The translations under genes and the position numbers were made by a program. This document shows positions 36,886 to 43,904 of a stretch of 43,904 nucleotides of DNA, in pieces (the stretch's first letter is position 1; every line of letters begins with the position of its first letter). The stretch spans positions 84,820,288-84,864,191 of the forward strand of contig NC_068981.1 in the NCBI RefSeq assembly GCF_001194135.2, read 5' to 3'. Origin of the DNA: Octopus bimaculoides. Lineage: Eukaryota. Below the pieces are notes generated by a model. The model did no database searches and was not told where the DNA came from. It saw only the letters and a list, made by a program, of their open reading frames with translations.

Positions 36886-37077
36886 CTGACTGAGGGCCTC
36901 TGTTAAAAGACCTTTTCAACGTGTACTCACTCACAAGCATGCAGTAGATGTCGGCACGTGATAAGTCTCCTATATTTCTCAGTCAATGTTTGCAGCAGAA
37001 GGGACTACACTAGAGGCATGCTTGACTCAAGACGTGCTATTACATGCAGCGGCGTACATCACCATCCAGAGATGTGG

Positions 37078-37175
37078 AAATGGTGGTGGTGATGGTAGTG
37101 GTGGGTTTGGTGGTGGTGGTGGTGGTGGTGGTAGTGGTGGTGGTGGTGGTGGTGGTGGTGGTGGTGGAGCTGGTG
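37078..37175. repeat. (GGT)n repeat
   Basis: Direct reading. Confidence 0.9.
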
Positions 37176-38393
37176 CTGAAGCTTATACTTTGTCGAGTTA
37201 CAAGTGCGAGCTATAAGATCTTACTAGACTGATTCAGACCACTTTCTGCCGTGTAACAGGAGTTAATAATAGTTCAGAGAGATCAATCAAAACAATGCAC
37301 TCTTCACTACATACACTACCTATAATTGTAAAAAGGGATGAGCTAAGAGCTAAGAGACATAACTCAAATGGAGCTAGGACAAACATTTACATAAATCAGG
37401 TCGCTGGTGACAGACGTACACAAAAAATTATTGTTCTATTGATGGATTGAAATTTGATCTTTATTTCTTCAAGAGAAAAATTTCGAGTATTTGATCATTT
37501 TGCGGGGACTTCATGATGAAAGAGGCAATTTTTAATTCAGTGAATAATTTTTGAACGTGTCATTAAGTACATCCCCACCTTCCTAATATATTCTCCACGT
37601 CCTGCGTGAACTACTTATTCATTCAAGCATTTAGCCCTAGATCTTTTAACGATGAGTTTTAACATCTCAGAAGCAGTGTTGATTTAGTAGGCTAATAGCA
37701 CAAAAAATGGATTATTTGTTAGTGGGCTAGGATGATTTACATGTCTTATTTTAGGATTTGTAATAACAAGAACGTTATAAATCAGTTTAGGCTATGTTTG
37801 TGACCTCTGTTTCTATCGCTGTTGTCTTCGTTTTTGTTGTATCACTCTATGTCTGTTCTGATCCAATAGACTTGTGGCCAAAAGTGCTTCATCCCTTCTT
37901 TTATTCAGAGATAATGCATCCAGGAATACATAATCCAAATTTCTAAAGATGATGGGGTGAAATTTAAGAAGGATTTTGCTGTTATTTCTAAAGTTGAACA
38001 ACTACATATAGGTCTATCATTGGCCTTCTCGTCAGATTAAATTGCTGCTTTTTTTTTTTAGTTCCATGTCAATATCTGATCGAATAGACTTATGATAAAG
38101 GCGTTTCAGCTGTGGCCATCAATAATTTTTTAAGGGAAGTCAAGAATTACATTATTGAATGCAGCTTCCTTATTGTGAAGGTCTTGTGTAATTTGAGATA
38201 GTTTTTACTTATATTTTTACAGGGTCAAACAGTCACGTAAATTTTCCCCCAGTGGCTTAGAATAATGTGGTGACACATCGTGTACAAAACTCGAAGAATG
38301 ATTGAAAGTATAGATTAAAATTTAAGGAAAATAGTTCAATCAATTCAAAAAGGCTATACAGGTGGGTCAATTGGTTTAGAGTAGAATATGAAA

Positions 38394-38455
<62 letters not shown>

Positions 38456-38838
38456 ATATGTATTTATTTATACATATGCATTACATACTCATACTTATAT
38501 ATGTCTGTATATCTGTGAATGTGTGTAGGTGTGTGTNNNNNNNNNNNNNNNNNNNNNNNNNNNNNNNNNNNNNNNNNNNNNNNNNNNNNNNNNNNNNNNN
38601 NNNNNNNNNNNNNNNNNNNNNNNNNNNNNNNNNNNNNNNNNNNNNNNNNNNNNNNNNNNNNNNNNNNNNNNNNNNNNNNNNNNNNNNNNNNNNNNNNNNN
38701 NNNNNNNNNNNNNNNNNNNNNNNNNNNNNNNNNNNNNNNNNNNNNNNNNNNNNNNNNNNNNNNNNNNNNNNNNNNNNNNNNNNNNNNNNNNNNNNNNNNN
38801 NNNNNNNNNNNNNNNNNNNNNNNNNNNNNNNNNNNNNN

Positions 38839-38914
<76 letters not shown>

Positions 38915-38946
38915 ATATTACGCATATTACGCATGTACCGACATAC

Positions 38947-39082
38947 ATGCTTCATAATGTGGTCACTGAGAAATATGCAGGCATTATAAACGGATGTCTG
39001 AACACTGCTTCTATATTTATGTTCAAAAAGCATACAACCGATACTGGTCACGACAACAGCAACATCTGCAATACGAACGAAC
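38947..39082 (-). CDS. Internal coding exon (136 nt, phase 2 to 0) of an unidentified host gene
   Basis: AATTCACAG acceptor and CAT|GTATGT donor. Only the phase-2 frame is open: (R)FVRIADVAVVVTSIGCMLFEHKYRSSVQTSVYNACIFLSDHIMKH. Confidence 0.7.
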
Positions 39083-39346
39083 CTGTGAATTACCATTCAC
39101 TTCAGTTGGTTTATCCATTTAAATCAATGCTAAAGATTAATAATAAAAAAAAGATTTTGAGAACATCACTCCATTGGCTTACATGACACGCTTAAAGGAA
39201 TTACTATTACTCAATCCACAGAAACTATTTTACACCTAAGCAGCTTCGACAGCATACATCATTCGTTATCTGAAAAATAGCTGTCATAGAAAACAATGTT
39301 TATTTCAACGTCTGCAATCGTAGTGGACTTCCAAAAAAAGTAGTAC

Positions 39347-39385
<39 letters not shown>

Positions 39386-39516
39386 CAGAGTCAAGGGGAA
39401 AAGGGAAAGAGAGAAAGAGAGGGATGGAGAAAGGAGGAAGAAAGAGAGAGGATGGGAGAGAGGATATTGTGCATATAGTGGAAAGAATGATTTATAAAGT
39501 GAGCGAGAGTTTACTT

Positions 39517-39600
39517 GTGAAAGCGCGTAGCTTAGTGGTTAGAGGCATTTGCCCACGATCGTGAGTTCGGTTCCCGACGACGCGTTGTCCTTGAGTAAGA
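39517..39600 (+). mobile_element. SINE family B head fragment
   Basis: GTGAAAGCGCGTAGCTTAGTGGTTAG...GAGTTCGGTTCCC...GTCCTTGAGTAAGA. Confidence 0.7.
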
Positions 39601-39802
39601 TTATGGAGGAGGGGAGAAGGTGTTTATTTTTTTAACAAATAAATAAAAACTCCACTGTTGGAATGTGTTTAACAACAGCAATAACTCTTACATGTAATAC
39701 TTTAAGAATGCTTTCCATAATCTTACTCTTCCACTTACATATGAAATTTACTCGTTACGAATGTTTGGTGAATCACAACACTGCTACATTTGGAAAATAA
39801 TC

Positions 39803-40684
39803 GGATCTTTTTGGTTTGACGGGCAACACTTGTTTTCTTAACGAAACACTTTCAAAGTTGGGATACTGTTAGAATGTTTCATATAAAACATCTTTCTCTT
39901 AGCCTTCTTAACAAAAATTGGTTCTTAATAAGTTATTTCATGTTAAAGTTGTCGTATTTGTGTAATTTCAACCAATCACTGACGTCTATTGAGGTGAAAA
40001 CAATTACTGCCGTGGAATGTAAACAACAGTGTCATGGGATCTTTTCCCTTAAATAAAATTAGTGCCGTTGTTTGTCAACAACAACTATCGGCGGTACTGT
40101 TATTTATAACATCGTTCGTGCGTTTGGGTTAGGGTTCGGGTTTTAGAGTTAAGGTTAGGATTTTAGGGTTAGAGTTGGGGCTAGGGTTAGGGTCATGGTT
40201 ATTTGTTATAGGGTTTTAGGGTTAGGGTTAGGGTTATGAGTGAGGTTATGGCAAAAATAATCATAACCGCAACCGTAACCCTAAAACTAACTTTAACTCT
40301 AAAACCGGAACCCTAACCCTAAAACCCTAAAGCTAAAACCAGTACAAACGCACGAACGATGTTATAAATAACAGTACCGCCGATAGTTGTTGTTAACAAA
40401 CAACGGCACTAATTTTATTCAAGGGAAAAGATCCCATGACACCGTTAGAATATGTTGTTTACATTCTACGGCAGTAATTGTTTTCACCTCAATAGACGTC
40501 AGTGATTGGTTGAAATATCCGAAATACGACAACTTTTTACATGAAATAACTTCGAATACAAATTTTTTTATCTGTTCTATAACACAAAATGTACAAGTAT
40601 ACGAAGTTTGAAAGTGTTTCGGTACCAAAAACACTACATAAAACATAAATGAAAAATGTTGCCCGTCAAACCCCAAAAAGATCC
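39803..40684. mobile_element. Foldback/MITE-like element with long TIRs and convergent telomere-like arrays
   Basis: Termini GGATCTTTTTGGTTTGACGGGCAAC / GTTGCCCGTCAAACCCCAAAAAGATCC. Inner arms ~39920-40105 and 40345-40545 are near-identical. Degenerate (TTAGGG)n then (CCCTAA)n in the centre. Confidence 0.85.
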
Positions 40685-40765
40685 AAATAATCTTCAGTTC
40701 ATTACATAGTAATAAGTGCACCTATAATTATTGATATAAATGAGAATTATAATCAGAAGACTTAC

Positions 40766-40863
40766 CGGCTTCGCAGCAGCTGTCCGGTGGAACTTCCCTT
40801 CTCGTTGATTTTGGAAAAGATGTTCACATCTACAGAGCATCTAACCTGACTTTCCTTTGTGCC
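40766..40863 (-). CDS. Internal coding exon (98 nt, phase 0 to 2) of an unidentified host gene
   Basis: Branch-like CTGAC, TTGTTATTTAG acceptor and CCG|GTAAGT donor. The single open frame reads GTKESQVRCSVDVNIFSKINEKGSSTGQLLRS(R). Confidence 0.75.
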
Positions 40864-41071
40864 CTAAATAACAATGTAAGGTCAGTTATATTTGTACATG
40901 CTAGAAATGCAAACTAATATTCCTTGTCTGGATATGTATTTATGTATCTTCAGTGCAGTCTTTTCTGCGGAAGGCATTGTATATCGTCGCAGTGGAAAGT
41001 AGTACTATTTTTGTATGTATGTATGCATGTATGTATGTATGTATGTATGTATGTACGTATGTATGTATGTG

Positions 41072-41103
<32 letters not shown>

Positions 41104-41149
41104 TGTATGTATGTATATATGCATGTATCTCACTTGCGAACCCATGGAA

Positions 41150-41445
41150 AACAAACTTCAACCAGCTATTATGATTATATGTCTGTGCACACGTTTGAAT
41201 GTGGTGTGTGCCAGAGGGCTTGCAAATCCAGTAGGGGTTTTAAAAGACATGTTAGGATCCACAATGAGCAGAACTTACCTGCAGGTATTGGTAGTACAAA
41301 CCAGAGGTGCAATCTGTGTGTCTGGTTTAAAAAAGCCACATCAGACGCCATGAAAGGACTAAGGTGTAGGTGCAGGAGGTGGTCAAACTCTGTGTAAGGA
41401 GTAGACAACCACCATGTATGTATGTATGTATGTATGTATGTACGT
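41150..41445 (+). mobile_element. 3' fragment of an RTE-type LINE (C-terminal C2H2-like finger) with (TATG)n tail
   Basis: FECGVCQRACKSSRGFKRHVRIH, then a short 3' end and (TATG)n. No splice structure on the plus strand. Confidence 0.6.
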
Positions 41446-42139
41446 ACGTTTATTTGTCAGGTCATTCTGAGTGTTACTCGAAAAATGCCATTTAGTACAA
41501 ACTGTTAAATAGTCGGGTTGTTGACCGTGATGGCTAATCTGATACACCGATCAGATGAACCGAGCGAGGAAGACGAAGATATAATCTGTAAAAAGGACAA
41601 TGACCGAGAGTAGGGTCAATAACACCGAAGCAGTAGTCGTTGATCATATTACTATAGTGTCAACGAGGATATGGTATTTATGATGATAAACGAATGCTGT
41701 CTAAAGTTACTCAGTGGGTGATGGATCGTTAGCGCAAATCATTGCATAAAAGGTGAAGGGCAGTTGGATGTAAAACTCTGGTCGTTCCCGCAAATACTGA
41801 GTCTGATTGTTCTATATGGAAGATGAACATTTCGTTCATTTCAATCACTTTCCTCGCACAGGAACTCTTAAAAAAGTGCGCTTGAAAAAGTATTGCCTGT
41901 GTTTAAGAAATAAGCGTAATTGAACAAGAGTTGATTAACACCAAGTCCGTATGAGGATGTATGTATGTATGTATGTATCGATGGATGGATGAATGGATGA
42001 ATGGATGGATGGACGTATGTACGTATGTATGTGTGTATGTGTGTGTGTGTGTGTGTGTGTGAGTGTATGAGTATGTATATGATGAGACTAGCAAGAGTAT
42101 TTTGTAGGGCTCATTTTCATAAAACATTTTGATTAGACG

Positions 42140-42330
42140 CCGGCGTGGCTGTGTGGTAAGAAGCTTGCTGTGGCAAGACACTTGCGTGATAAGAAGTTTG
42201 CTTTCCAACCAGGTGGTTTTGAGTGCAGTGCCACTGTGTGGCACCTTGGACGAGTGTCTTCTACTTTAGCCTCAGGCCAACCAAAGCCTTGTGAGTGGAT
42301 TTCGTAGACGAAAACTGAAAGAAGTCCGTC

Positions 42331-42403
<73 letters not shown>

Positions 42404-42666
42404 AGGACAACATGTGTCCCAGTTGATCCGCTCAACTGAACAGCTTGCTCGTGAGATTAACGAGCAAGTGGCTGAGCACTCCGCATATTTCTCAGAGACA
42501 TTCAGCGCGACAGTGTGAAATACAGGTACTACTCATTTTTGTCAGCAGAGTGGACTAGAGCACTATGAAATAAAGTGTCTTGCTCAAGGACGCAACGCGC
42601 CACCGCGAATCAAACTCGCGACTCTCCGATCGCAAGCCGAATACCCTAACCATTAAGCCACGCGCC

Positions 42667-42728
<62 letters not shown>

Positions 42729-42962
42729 TGTATGTATGTGTGTGTGCATGTATGTGTGTTTCTGTGTCTGTCCCACCATCACCGTTTGACAACTGGTGTT
42801 GGTGTGTTTATGTCGCCGTAACTTAGTCCGACAGAGTAAGTACTCAGCTTAAAAAAAAAAAGGTAAGTCTTGGAGTCAATTTGTTCAACTGAAAACCCTT
42901 CAAGGTGGTGCTCGTGTATGGCCGCAATCAAATGCCTGAAACAAGTAAAAGAATGAAAGAAT
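42140..42962 (+). mobile_element. SINE family C split by a nested insertion
   Basis: Partly duplicated head GTGGCTGTGTGGTAAGAAGCTTGC and GGCACCTTGGACGAGTGTCTT at 42140-42330, with the tail at 42755-42962. Confidence 0.75.
42405..42670 (-). mobile_element. SINE family B nested in the internal microsatellite of the family C copy
   Basis: Minus strand GAAGGCGCGTGGCTTAATGGTTAGGG...GAGTTTGATTC...GTCCTTGAGCAAGACACTT. Confidence 0.8.
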
Positions 42963-43287
42963 ACGCAAGCTTAGCATCTTGAGTTCTGGCCTGATAATAT
43001 TCTGATAAACTGGTAATTCGTTGAAACATTAGGAGAGCAACAATTTAAAGCTATGTACTAAATGACACTCGACAGAGTACCGATATATATATGCTTAAAC
43101 AATTGAAAGTGCCTACAAGACTAGTTGTGTTTCTTTCGAATCTCGATATCTACAGAGTACAAAAAAAAAATGAGATTAAATGAGAGTGAGGCCGGAATAG
43201 ATAGTATTTAACTATGTAATATTGACTGTGGAAAGTTTAACTCTTTAGCCTTCAGATTAGTCTGTCAAATGTAATACTCATTTACTC

Positions 43288-43476
43288 GCAAGGCGGCGAG
43301 CTGGCAGGGTCGTTAGCACGCCGGGCAAAATGCTTAGCAGCATTTCGTCCGTTTTTACGTTCTGAGTTCAAATTCCGCCGCAGTCAACTTTGCTTTCATC
43401 CTTTTGGGATCGACAAAATAAGCACCAGTTGAGTACTGGGATGGATGTAATCGACTATCCCCTTCCTCTAAATTTC
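43288..43476 (+). mobile_element. SINE family A
   Basis: AAGGCGGCGAGCTGGCAG..CGTTAGCAC (A box) and GAGTTCAAATTCC (B box). Confidence 0.9.
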
Positions 43477-43666
43477 GCGATATCAACGATGCGTTTGGCC
43501 CAGGAACCACTAATGGTGGCTCAAGAAATTTCGTAGCGGTAACGAGAGTCTTGAAGATGATAAGCGTGGTGGTCGGCCATTGGATGTTGACAACGATCAA
43601 CTAAGAGCCTTAATCGAAGCCAATCCACGCACAACAGTTTGAGAGCTTGCTTCTCAATTAGACGTA
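43477..43666 (+). mobile_element. Mariner transposase fragment, cecropia-subfamily (Hsmar1-like) HTH region
   Basis: RDINDAFGPGTTN/WWLKKFRSGNESLEDDKRGGRPLDVDNDQLRALIEANPRTTV*ELASQLDV. Confidence 0.85.
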
Positions 43667-43904
43667 ACATCATCATCATCATCATCATCGTTTAACGTCC
43701 GCTTTCCATGCTAGCATGGGTTGGACGATTTGACTGAGGACTGGTGAAACCGGATGGCAACACCAGGCTCCAGTCTGATTTGGCAGAGTTTCTACAGCTG
43801 GATGCCCTTCCTAACGCCAACCACTCAGAGAGTGTAGTGGGTGCTTTTACGTGTCACCCGCACGAAAACGGCCACGCTCGAAATGGTGGCTTTTATGTGC
43901 CACC
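43667..43904 (-). mobile_element. 3' end of a retroelement with (ATG)n tail, probably RTE-related
   Basis: A (CAT)n tail abuts TTTAACGTCCGCTTTCCATGCTAGCATGGGTTGGACG. The GGATGCCCTTCCTAACGCCAACC motif is recalled from RTE-type 3' UTRs. Confidence 0.5.

Noticed and set aside
37230-37319. Extra minus-strand exon after the TTTTTACAATTATAG acceptor
   Set aside because: Only the phase-1 frame is open, which does not match the upstream phase-0 donor, and there is no good donor before the stop.
40085-40360. Head-to-head telomere repeats as a chromosome-fusion site
   Set aside because: The arrays are short, degenerate and enclosed by ~300-bp non-telomeric inverted arms, which a foldback transposon explains better.
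40924-41397. C2H2 zinc-finger host gene (cephalopod ZNF expansion)
   Set aside because: It is a single finger without TGEKP linkers, with an N-terminus made of (TATG)n translation and a retroelement-type tail directly after.

Overview
This is repeat-dense eukaryotic DNA from a gappy draft assembly, with N-gaps almost always flanked by microsatellites. It is very probably an octopus (coleoid cephalopod), judged from SINE/LINE families recognised from memory, not from a database search. There are no rRNA, true tRNA or CRISPR features, and nearly all ORF-track entries are microsatellite or gap artefacts. (1) Host gene: the 3' part of a minus-strand protein-coding gene absent from the ORF track, reconstructed from phase-compatible exons at 40863-40766, 39082-38947, ~36885-36834 and 36364-36219; the product is not recognised. 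(2) LINEs: decayed L1/Tx1 (three copies, one with both ends but lacking the RT core), CR1/L2-group, R4/Dong and RTE elements. (3) Other transposons: two mariner remnants, a probable solo LTR, and an ~880-bp foldback element with convergent TTAGGG-like arrays. (4) SINEs: at least four tRNA-derived families, some in tandem arrays. (5) Most notable: three unrelated Penelope-type elements, each with minimal type-I hammerhead ribozyme motifs in inverted terminal repeats. One carries a GIY-YIG remnant, one has a variant CCGAUGA core, and one is a tRNA-headed SINE-like element with a hammerhead tail and a 16-bp target-site duplication.
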